Origin: Octopus vulgaris
Taxonomy: Eukaryota
Direction: 5' to 3'
NCBI GenBank assembly: GCA_951406725.2
Contig: OX597819.1
Coordinates: 73,470,001 to 73,534,000 of the forward strand
DNA: 64,000 nucleotides
In this document: positions 12,748-26,436 of the stretch, in pieces
How the letters are laid out: each line of letters opens with the position of its first letter
Position numbering within the stretch: the first letter of the stretch is position 1
Notes under the pieces: generated by a model
Seen by the model: only the letters and a program-made list of their open reading frames with translations
Told to the model about the DNA's origin: nothing
Databases searched by the model: none
Made by a program: the position numbers and the translations under genes

Positions 12748-12929
12748 CTATTTTTGTGAAAGAATAATAAATTTATATTCAGCCAAAAGTATTGAGTTAT
12801 TCTTTAATGTAAAATTATTTTTATTATGACATAAATGCACACACACACGGTACTTTTTTCATACCAGCAACACTAGTGAGGTCTCCATGCAGTTAGTCTT
12901 GGAAGCTGCATGACAACTTTACTAGTAAA

Positions 12930-13140
12930 GTGATAGTATGTTGTCAACTTAATATGACAGTCCCATGAAAGGGAAGAAGGCTACTGTTATTTAGCCCTAG
13001 GAAGCACTGTTTCCTGTTGGACTTGACACATTTCCTGTGTCCTCATGTTTTCAAAGTGGAGATAAGCACCTCCACCCAGCAAAACCAGCAACCAGAGACT
13101 AGTTTCAGAGTCATTGCTCATCATCAGTCTGAAGTAGCAT
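12930..13140 (-). mobile_element. Copy of hammerhead-bearing repeat family (Penelope-like terminal repeat or retrozyme-like)
   Basis: It is collinear by eye with the 10517-10619 arm and with the reverse complement of 61218-61410 (GCTACTGT..TTTAGCCCYAGGA...CTGTGTC...AGCACC.CCA..CAGC). Confidence 0.6.
13093..13131 (-). ncRNA. Minimal type I hammerhead ribozyme motif
   Basis: The minus strand reads CAGA-CTGATGA-T-GAG-CAATGA-CTC-T-GAAA-CTAG-TC^-TCTG. Stem I is CAGA/TCTG, the core is intact, stem III is palindromic CTAG and the cleavage triplet is GUC. There is a U.U mismatch at the base of stem II. Confidence 0.7.
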
Positions 13141-15399
13141 ATTATCGCTTTATCGTGCCGCTACTGCATAAATTTCTTTAAGAGATTTAGAAATGTATTA
13201 TTTCAAAGTGGTTGGTGTTAGTAAGGGCATCTAGCTATAGAAACTATATGCCTCATGCCAAAATAGAGCATGATGCAGTCCATGGCTCCAGTGGATCCTG
13301 TTAAACTGTCCAACCCATGGCAGCATGGAAGCTGGACATTAAATAATATACAGAAGACTACATTGGCTGTAGTGTAGTCTTAGCTATCTTCTCGTATTAC
13401 ACAAGGGGTCTGTATATAAGATCTAATGGACTGTTAATGTCTACCATCAATCATAGAGGACTGACAGCTTGGTCAGTGTGGGAGTCTCTCAGTCTGGTCA
13501 CTCAACCTACGGTGGTGGGGAATGGCAACCATATTATACCACCATCATAGGAAAGGACACAATGTAGTGTTAGGTTCCACAGCTAATAAAACAAAAGATG
13601 AGAGGGAAACAGCTGAAATGTTTTTAATCAGTTGGGACAGGCATGGATGGGTAGTTGAGCTTGCTTCCTAAACGTGTAATCCAGTCCCACAACATGGTGC
13701 CTTAGGCGCTGAACCAGAGTCCACATGGCCAAAGCCCTGAGTGAATTTAGTAGAAACCAGAAGAAGGCTTATTGTGTGTGTGTCCTTTCCTTAACATCAT
13801 GCGATGATTGTAAACAAGCATCACCATCATACAAGTGGTGTTGTTTGTTTCCAGTCTTCCATGAGGAAATTTTACATTTCTTGGACACATGTGAGGGTTG
13901 TTGGTAGTATGGGCATCCAATTATAGAAAACCTGCCTCCATGTGAGCATGGAGAATCATAACCATTGAATATCCATTTTCCATGTTGGCATTGGTTAGAT
14001 GATTCAGCAGGAGCTAGCAAGTCAGAGGATTGCACCAAATTCCAATGTTTGCTTCAGCATGGTTGCTATGGTTGTATGCCCTTCCTAGTGCTAACCACTT
14101 CACAGAGTGTACTGGGTGCTTATTCCAATGCACTGACATATATCATAACACACAATTTTAGGGGCTGTTGTTGAAGCATGCATACTTTCATCGAAGGAAG
14201 GGGACCTGGTGGCTGAATCACTAGCATCCTGGACAAAATGCTGTGAAGCATTTTATACGTTTTTATGTTCTGCTTTCAAACTGTGCCGAGGTTGACTTTA
14301 CCTTTCATACTTTCAGGACCGATAAGTCTAATCGACTTAACCCTTCCTTCCAAAATTGCTGGCTTTGTGCCAAAATTTGAAACCGATATTAAACATAAGT
14401 CATTAACAATTAGCAATAACTCCCATCACAGCTAAATCATAAGGCATAATTTAAGGGGCTGACACGAAGCATGCAATAGTTTCCTCGAAAGAGTAATACA
14501 CGTTAGCAACCAGAATCTGCCGCAAATTCTTCATCAAACTCAGCCTGTTGGTGTGTGTTAGGGTGACAATCATATGACTGACTGACATTGCTGTAAGAAT
14601 AATAATATTGTCCCACATCCTGACACTAAGATCATATCCTTTTCAATGGCTGACTTATACAAACATTAATGTATTATTCTTGTTTTAGCATATTTTCCCC
14701 TCTTTTTCTATCTTATATTTTCTTCTTCAGTTATTTTAGTTTATTCTGCAACTAAAATAATTAATTGAAATGTGAGATATAAGCAACTAGTTGACTTTTT
14801 TTTTTTTTTATCTTTTTAACTTCTCATCTGACACAGTTTTCTTCTTTCGTCTTCGCTTATTCACTCTGTATTCTTTTCTCTTTCCTCATTCTCGTAACTT
14901 TTTTTCTTTTCACTCATGCTATTCCACCCCCACCTGCCCCCACTTTCTTCATGCTTTTCTCTTCTTTCCTCTTCTCAGTTTGTCTCTGTGTTGAAGCTTC
15001 TCTATAATTTTATCGTTTTTTTTCCCTTTCTCTTTTCTACTTCGCACTTTTAACACCGTTTGGTAGAACTAACGCACAAATGGAGTCATCACCACATGCT
15101 GCATATCAGTCGACAACTTTGTGCTGTTGACGCACTGAGACAAGTAATTAAATACAACACAATACGTGTGCACACATACATGCTCTCTCTCTCCCTCTCT
15201 CTCTCTCTCTCCCCATCTTGGTCAAGTGTCTTTAACTGTCGCCAACCAAAGCTTTGTGAATGAATTTGGTTGATGGAAACTGAAAGTCTGTGTTCCCCAC
15301 TACCGCTTAACAAGTGGTGGTGGTTTCTTTACATTCCCGTAACTTGCTCGTCCAGCAAGAAAGACTAAGAGAATGAGTATTATTCTTTTTTTTTTATAT

Positions 15400-15760
15400 C
15401 TTTCGTTTACTTGTTTCAGTCATTTGACTGTACCCATGCTGGAGCACTACAATTAATCAAACAAATCGACGCCAGGACTTATTCTTTTGTAAGCCTAGTA
15501 CCTATTCTATCGGCTCCTTGGCTGAACCGCTAAGTTACGGGACTTAAACACACCAACATCAATCGCCAAGCGATGGTGGGAGGACGAACACACACACACA
15601 CATGTGGCGGGCTTCTTTCAGTTTCCGTCTACCAAATCCACTCACAAGGCTTTGGTCGGCCCGAGGCTATAGTAGACGACACTCGCTCAAGGTGCCATGC
15701 AGTGGGAGTGAACTCGGAACCATGTGGTTGGTAAGCAAGTTTCTTACCATACAGCCACAC
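15400..15760 (-). mobile_element. SINE family A, full-length
   Basis: Matches the other family A copies along its length. Confidence 0.85.
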
Positions 15761-15860
15761 ACACAATATATCTAAAAAAAAAAAGTATTTGAGTTGATTT
15801 GTTTGATTAAACCACTTCAAGACAGTGCCCCAGTATGACCAGTCCAATGACAAGTAAAAG

Positions 15861-18794
<2,934 letters not shown>

Positions 18795-18796
<2 letters not shown>

Positions 18797-19898
18797 TGGA
18801 AAACTAGGAGAATGGCTTCACGACTTTCTGAAGAATAGAAGTCAGGTGGTAGTAGCCAATGGGGCCACTTCCATTAGCACGCAAATAGTGAGCGGTGTTC
18901 CACAGGGCACTGTTTTGGGACCACTACTGTTCATAATGGCCCTCTCAGACATGCCCTCAGCCACGCGGAGAGCCACGATCACAAGTTATGCAGATGATAC
19001 AAAAGTTTCACAGGCAATACAGAACCCTGAAGACACTAGGCACCTGCAATATGAGCTGGACGAAATTTACAAGTGGGCTGAAAAGAATAGCATGCAGTTC
19101 AATGCTGAAAAGTTTCAAGCTTTATACTATCAGCATGCAAAACTGAATGCAATACCCAAGAAATACACTGGACCCGGAGGGATTGCAATCCCAGAGGCAC
19201 AATCAGTGCGTGACCTGGGTATTCACATGAGTGATGACGCGACCTTTCATGTACATGTTGCTAAACTGACAGTGAAATGCAGACGCCTGGCTGGATGGAT
19301 TCTTAGAACCTTTAGAACAAGAGAACAAGAAACCATGATGGTCCTCTGGAAGACACTTGTCCTAAGTCACTTTGACTATTGCTCTCAGCTATGGTCACCA
19401 TCCAGTGTCAAGTTGATCACAGAACTTGAGGCGATCCAACGAAGCTACACGAAGAAGATAGCCTCTATGCAGAATGTAAGCTACTGGGAAAGACTCAAGA
19501 GATTAAAATTATATTCCCTGGAGCATAGGCGGGAAAGATATGCCATAATATACATCTGGAAGATCCTGGAGGGAAGTGTCCTGAACTTTGGCATCGAGAG
19601 TTACGCAAACGCCAGAACTGGGCGCCACTGCGTGGTGCCTAGGACTCCAAACTTGCCATCAAGATGTAGGACAAGATTCTGTGATAGCCTGGGCTTCCGA
19701 GGCCCACAGCTCTTCAATATCCTCCCGATGAACCTGAGAGACCTGCATGGGGTGGATACAGATGTCTTTAAAATGGAGCTGGATCTCTTCCTGTCAGGTG
19801 TCCCAGATGAACCAACTTCACGGCAGGAGGGGCAGATGAGGGCAGCTGCATCGAACTCTCTCATGCACCAAATAGCAGTTGCTAAAAAGCCTCCATGA
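18795..19898 (+). CDS. C-terminal ~367 aa of non-LTR reverse transcriptase ORF2 (no start codon, reading frame intact)
   Basis: Motifs are [29 protein letters not shown]...[42 protein letters not shown]. These fit the CR1/L2-group RT and downstream region. Confidence 0.93.
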
Positions 19899-19986
19899 AG
19901 TGAAACCAAGTAGCAACACCAAATGGCGGTGCCCCAGCATGGCCACAGCTCATGAGCTGAAACTGGAATCAATCAATCAATCAATC
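18797..19986 (+). mobile_element. 5'-truncated CR1-group LINE with short 3' UTR and (AATC)n tail
   Basis: An RT ORF is followed by a 3' UTR stem-loop CAGCTC-AT-GAGCTG and five AATC repeats. TA-type array flanks both sides. Confidence 0.92.
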
Positions 19987-20229
<243 letters not shown>

Positions 20230-20242
20230 TGTGTGTGTGTGT

Positions 20243-20393
20243 GGCCGTGGGGTAAAAAGCTTGCTTCCCAACCACATGGTCTGGGTTCAGTCTCACTTTG
20301 TGGCACCTTGGGCAAGTGTCTTCTACTATAGCCTCGGGCCAACCAAAGGCTTGTGAGTGGATTTGGTATACGGAAAGTGAAAGAAGCCTGTTG

Positions 20394-20426
<33 letters not shown>

Positions 20427-20622
20427 TTGTGTGTTTATGTTGGTTTGCACACTATCGCTTGACAACTGATGTTGGTGTGTTTACGTCCCCATAACTTAGC
20501 AGTTCAGCAAAAGAGACTGATAGAATAAGTACTAGGCTTACAAAGAATAAGTCCTGGGGTCGATTTGTTCGACTAAAGGCGGTGCTCCAGCATGGCTGCA
20601 ATAAAACAAGTAAAAGAAAAAA
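20243..20622 (+). mobile_element. SINE family A, full-length
   Basis: Head, internal microsatellite and tail AAGGCGGTGCTCCAGCATGG. Confidence 0.88.
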
Positions 20623-21601
20623 GAATGAAGAAAGTTGCTAATGAGAGAATGAGGATTTAAATAAAATTCTGAAATAATTGGAAAATAAATAAATTATATT
20701 TATCACTGACTAATATAGGTTTGATAACTTTTAATGTGTACAATATGTTGTCAGCAATTCACTTGACAGTTGTAAATGAGTATCACTGTCTTACAAGCAG
20801 TGTCCTTCATTTCCAATCTTCCATGGAAACATGTCTGGCCATGGGAAAATATCACCTTGCTTGAGAACAGGCGAGGGTTGGAAACAAGAAGGGTCTTCAG
20901 CTGTAGAAAATCCACTTCAACAAATTCCATTTAACCCATGCAAGTATGGAAAAGTGGCTGTTGAAAACAATGATAAGTGTAGCAGTAATTGAAATGAGGA
21001 GGTTAATTATTCTGAGAATATTACATAATAGTGAATTGATCCTTTTGAAGTAAGGAGTGTCACCCATGGCAATTCAGTGAGTGTTTATAAATAGTCCAGA
21101 AAATGTGAAAGCAGGATTGTGTGGAATTTATATAACTACAGAGAGAGAGAGAGAGACTTATTGACTATAAGCCCATCAACATATTTTTTCATTCTTTTAT
21201 TTGTTTGTCATTTGACTGTGGCCATGCTGACTGCGGCCATGCTGGAGCACTGTCTTAAAGGGTGTTAGTCAAAGAAATTAATCCCAGCATAGTACTTATT
21301 CTATTGGTCTCTTTTGCCGAACTGCTAAGTTACAGGGACATAAACATACCAGCATCGGTTGTCAAGCTATGGCAGTGGGGACAAACACAGACACACAAAT
21401 ACATACATACATACATGGAGCTTGCTTCCTAGCTACATGGTTTCGGGTTCAGTCCCACTGCGTGGCACTTTGGGTAGGTGTCTTCCACTATAGCCCCGAG
21501 TCGACCGAAGCTTTGTGATTGAATTCGGTAGGCGGAAGTTACTACCGTATGTGTATGTGTGCGTATAGCTGCTCAGTGCCTCTCCGAAAGAGAGAGAGGG
21601 A

Positions 21602-21850
21602 ATCATCATCATCATCATCGTTTAACGTCCGCTTTCCATGCTAGCATGGGTTGGACGGTTCAACTGGGGTCTGGCAAGCCCGAAGGCTGCACCAGGCCAG
21701 TCAGATCTGGCAGTGTTTCTACAGCTGGATGCCCTTCCTAACGCCAACCACTCCGAGAGTGTAGTGGGTGATTTTATGTGCCACTGACACAGGTGCCAGT
21801 CGAGGCTGGCAGACGGCCACGCTTGGATGCTGTTTTTTATGTGCCACCGA
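21602..21850 (-). mobile_element. RTE-type LINE 3' end with (GAT)n tail
   Basis: Reverse complement of the 3' UTR seen at 2995-3330, with CpGs retained. Confidence 0.75.
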
Positions 21851-21860
21851 CACATATATA

Positions 21861-21896
<36 letters not shown>

Positions 21897-23838
21897 TGTA
21901 TGTATATACACAATGGGCTTCTTCCAGTTTCCGTCTACTAAATCCACTCACAAAGCTTTGGTGGGTCTGAGGCTGTAGTAGAAGACACTTGGCCAAGGTG
22001 CCACACAGTGGGACTGAACCCGGAACCATGTGGTTGTGCAGCAAGCTACTTATCACACAGCCACTCCTGTGCCTATTTCCACATAGTTTGTATAACAATC
22101 ATTACTGCTCTCAGTTTTCTGTACTGAAAGGGCATCGGTTAATTTTGCTCCTCTAAAACTGTTTAAAATTCTTATTAACCCTAACCCAACCCTAAAGCAT
22201 ATTGTATGACTTAGCTTTTACTTGTTTCAGTCATTTGACTGTGGCCATGCTGGGGCATCACTTTAAAGAATGTTTTTAGTGGGGAAGGATGAACACACTT
22301 ATACGGCAGGTTTCTTTCAGTTTCTGCCTATGGAATCCACAATGTAAGGAGGAGGCGTATGTGCTAAATACTGTGTGAAGCTGTGGACATTATGGAAAGA
22401 CTGGTTTTTGGCTCATTAGCCGTTGTGAATGTCTACTTATCTCTATTCTTCTGCCAAGAGATCGAAGCTTCTAAGTAAAGAGGAAATGAGCTTACCTTAC
22501 AAGTTAATACTGAACACCTGTCAAAAGCTACTACTAATATGGCCTGAGGCTGTTAGATATAGCAGCCAAATCTCCCTCAAATCACATCCTACTACATTAG
22601 GGCTAAAAAGATAGATCATATAAAGTAGTCTTGGATATTACAACATATATAAAAAAAGTTTTCTCAGTCAGCACTCACACTCTCAACTGAACTTATCACA
22701 ACAGTAAGAAAATGGGAAATCTTAAAAAATATAAGTTTATGTGAGAAATGCTCTGAAAAATAGAATTTCTAGGTCTGTATCAATGACTAGCTTAGATTTG
22801 TTGTAATTCCCTAGTCTCTTTCTTTGACTAGCTTAGAATTGCTGTTCTTTTGTTATGAAAGAGGAGAAATGTCAGGATATTTTGAAAGGACCACTTTTTG
22901 CGCAGTTATTTAAATGTCACCAGTTAGAGGACTTAACATCATGATAATAATAAATAGAAAGGAAATGAGAAAATGAAATGTGGTAGTATGCATTCCTGTG
23001 TTGAAAGGAATTAGAGCATAGTAAAAGTGCTGAGAGCTAGTTTCATTTGTATGTTGCTTGACTGGCAAGTGAACAGTGATAATCTTGTCTAACAACAGGG
23101 AAGGGTTATATAAAAGCCAAGCATAAATTTACACCAAGGTCATTTATTTCTTTACCTTAAATTAAAATATCAAGCATTTTCAAGTAAACATAATGGGCAC
23201 AGGTAGGTTATTTTGTGTGAGATATCTGATGTTTTTTTTTGTGTGTGTGTCATGGGTGAAGGAGAAAGAGATAGCTTACTTATTGGTTGAGAGACATTTT
23301 ATTGCATAAATTTGGAGGGAAACTAAAATTCTTTTGAAATACAAAAAAAAAAAAAAAAAAAAAAATTACAGAGATCTTTCAAGAATAGTTTGTTATTGTT
23401 TAATGACCTTGTTCCCTGCTGGCATGGTTTGAAAGGAGCTGACAAGCCAAAGGACTGCGAAGCCCATGCCTGCAGGGAACAAGGACAGTAAATGATCATG
23501 AAAATTTATGTTTGAAAGAGCTGTAAATTTTTGAATAATAATAAAAACAGAAACTTTGAACTTATGAAAGTTTTTTTTTTTTTAAGCTAAAACGGTGGAA
23601 GTGGTTAAAAAAAATTAACAGTTTTACATTTTGGTATAAGGGCACCAACATTAGGCAGAGAGAACAAGTCAGTTACATTGACCCCAGTGCTCAGCTGGTA
23701 CTTTATTTTATTGACCCTGAAAAGGTGAAAGGTTAAGTTGACCTCAGTGGAATTTGAATTCAAAACATAAAAAGCTAGAAGAAATGCTAAGCATTTTGTC
23801 TGTGCTGGTCATTCTGCCATTTTGGAATTAAAAATTTA

Positions 23839-24030
23839 ACAGCTGCTGCCTTTTGGCTAAGATCAAATGGTAGTGTCTGTTCTTATCAGCTTAATATCTG
23901 ATATGGTCCCTATTTGGGTGATGGGCATCGATATTAAACTGATTTTTAGAACAAGGTGAAGAGTTAGGAGCTTGCTCTGCCTTTTCCACAAGTTTGCCTG
24001 GTCTTGCAGTACTTTCAGGAATCAGCCCAT
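23839..24030 (+). pseudogene. U2: Full-length U2 snRNA copy, probably a retropseudogene
   Basis: GCCTTTTGGCTAAGATCAA...GTAGTGTCTGTTCTTATCAGCTTAATATCTGATA...Sm-like GATTTTTAG...TAGGAGCTTGCTC...CCTGGTCTTGCAGTACTTTCAGG follows metazoan U2. The branch-point recognition sequence GTAGTA is changed to GTAGTG. Confidence 0.93.
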
Positions 24031-24033
24031 TTA

Positions 24034-24397
24034 ACCCATGCTGGTGACTCGTAAAAGCACCCATGCTGGTGACTCATAAAAGCACCCATGCTGGTGACTC
24101 GTAAAAGCACCCGTGTGCCAGTGACTCGTAAACGCACCCATGCCGGTGACTCGTAAAAGCATCTGTGTGCCAGTGACATGTAAAAGCACCCGTGTGCCGG
24201 TGACTCGTAAAAGCACCCGCGTGCCGGTGACTTGTAAAAGCACTTGTGTGCTGGTGACTCGAAAAAGTACCCGTGTGCCGGTGACTCGTAAAAGCACCCA
24301 TGTGTCGGTGACTCTTAAAAGCACCCATGCTGGTGACTTGTAAAAGCACCCTTGCTGATAACTCATAAAAGCACTTATGCCGGTGACTCGTAAAAGA
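24034..24397 (+). repeat. 14 tandem copies of a 25/27-bp unit ACCC(A|GTG)TGCYGGTGACTCGTAAAAGC
   Basis: Counted by eye. The unit is homologous to the GTGCCRGTGGCACGTAAAAAGCACCC motif of the RTE 3' UTR. Confidence 0.93.
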
Positions 24398-24560
24398 TGC
24401 CCACTTCACTCTTGGAGTGGTTGGCGTCAGAAAGGGGGGCATCCAGCCATAAAACCCATGCCAAACCAGACTGGAGCTTGGTACAACTCTCTGGCTTACC
24501 ATTTCCAGTCAAACTGTCTAACCCATGCCAGCAGGGAAAATAGACGCTAAATGATGGCGC
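24034..24560 (+). mobile_element. RTE-type LINE 3' end fused downstream of U2
   Basis: The tandem array runs into CACTCTTGGAGTGGTTGGCG...GGCATCCAGC...ACCCATGCCAGCA...GACGCTAAATGATG. Confidence 0.75.
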
Positions 24561-25259
24561 CGTTTGATATTGGAATTAAAAAGACATAATTTATGAAATT
24601 TAAATAAGTTGTTGGAACCAGAAAATGCTCTTTGAAGATCTTTTATCTTTTACTTGTTTGAGTCCTTAGACTGTGGCCAGGCCTGGGGCAGCGCTTTGAA
24701 GAAATTTCGTTGGATGAATCAACCCCAGTATCAGTATTTATTTTTTAAAACCCCTTAGCATTCAGATTATTCTGTCAAATGTAATACTTATTTATTCACA
24801 TTCTGATCAATTCTTCATGCGATATCTCGTAGCTTTGAGATTTTAATGATGTGATTGCTTAGTTTTAGGTTGAACATAAAACAGAATATTTTGGCTGGAT
24901 TCAGTTGGTTTGAATGTTAAATGATCAAAGCCTGGTACCTATTCTGTTAGTCTCCTTTTGTCAAAGCACTAAGTTACAGACATAAGCACACCAGCACCGG
25001 TTGGCAAGCACAGTGGGGTTCAAGCGTGTTGTCAAGCAGGTGCATGCACACACACACACACACACACACACACTCATTATATGGTGGGTTTTATTTAGTT
25101 TCCATTTACCAAGTTCACTCACAAGGATCTGGTTGACCTGAGGCTATAGTAAAGGACACCTGCCCAAGGTGTCATGCAGTAGGACTGAACCAGGAACCGT
25201 ATGACGATGTGGATGGGAGGAAGCAAGCTTCTTACCCCACAGCCACATCCATGCCTATT

Positions 25260-25648
25260 CTTTTATTCTTTTATTTGTTTCAATCATTTGATTGCGGCCA
25301 TGCTGGAGCACTGCCTTTAGTTGAACAAATTGACCCCAGGACTTATTTATTGTAAGCTTAATACTTATTTTATCGATTTCTTTTGTCGAACCACTAAATT
25401 ACGGGGATGTAAACACACCAACATCGGTTGTCGAGATGGTGGGGGAGACAAACACAGACACATGAACATATACATTATATATGATGGGCTTCTTTCGGTT
25501 TCCATCTACCAAATCCACTCTCAAGGCTTTGGTGAACCCGAGGCTATAGTAGAAGACATTTGCCCAAGGTGCCATGCAGTGGGACTGAGCCCCGGAACCT
25601 AGTGGTTGGGAAGCAAGCTACTTACCAAACAGCCACTCCTGTACCTAT
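25260..25648 (-). mobile_element. SINE family A, full-length
   Basis: Matches the other family A copies. Confidence 0.87.
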
Positions 25649-25699
25649 GGATATACATTTTTAACATCAAATATCTCCTATACCCAGCGGACATTCTCA

Positions 25700-25945
25700 C
25701 ATTTAAGGGACCTAGACTTGATAAACTCTGATATTAGCGAAACAGACTTTCAGATTTAAGAACTAGTTCCATACATAAGACTATATTTCTCTGAACCATT
25801 CCACCTGGATGAAGTGTTTGGAGAGAAAGTGTATGTGTGTGTATAATCAATGTATTTATTTCTTTTAGTAATTAATCTTGTCTTATCATTTAAGTACATT
25901 TTAAGATATTCTACTTGGATATTATTTCTACATTGGCTTTTTTTT
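25700..25945 (-). mobile_element. Possible decayed Penelope-like endonuclease C-terminal remnant
   Basis: Interrupted minus-strand translations KKANVEIISK*NILK and IVLCME recall the N...I.W.IL...C.LC.EE pattern. The match is very degenerate. Confidence 0.25.
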
Positions 25946-26216
25946 GCTGTGTTTTTTTTCTTCTTTTTTTACTTCCTTTTCGTCTTATTCTTTAATCTTT
26001 TATCATGGGGCAATATGATTGAGAAAACTCTGCTGGTGATAAAAGTGTAGGATAAGAGTAATTTTTTGCAAGTCTCCTGGGGTGGTGAGTCTACCGAGAG
26101 AGATAAATAGATAAAGAGAAAATTGGTTAAAAATGCAAAAGGAGGCATGGATTAAGGAATCTAAATAGGGAAGGAAATTTGTTGGTTTTTAGAAGAAATG
26201 GCTGATTTGGTTTCTC

Positions 26217-26436
26217 TTAACTTTTTAGCATTGAAACCGGCCATATCAGGCCATCTGTTTTCTGTTCAAACTGGCCAGATCTGGCTTCTCATACCTTCTC
26301 TACAATGTTATTCCAAAACTAAACAATTACATCATTGAAATTTCAAAGCTACAAGATAATGGCATGGTTAGTTCTAAGCAATGTGGATAAATAAATGTTA
26401 CATTTGACAGAGAAATCTAAATGCTTAGGGGTTCAA
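26217..26436. mobile_element. piggyBac-like MITE family 1 (TTAACCCTTTAGCATT...AATGCTAAAGGGTTAA type)
   Basis: Degenerate TIRs abut TTAA-like sites. Related copies lie at ~24747-24930, 35308-35570, 41050-41414 and 53331-53559. Confidence 0.7.

Noticed and set aside
23839-24030. Functional U2 snRNA gene
   Set aside because: The branch-point recognition sequence and 5' end are altered, the copy is fused to a LINE tail, and it is flanked by a direct repeat.
24034-24397. CRISPR-like appearance of regularly spaced repeats
   Set aside because: The units are contiguous with no unique spacers, they derive from the RTE 3' UTR, and the context is eukaryotic with no cas genes.
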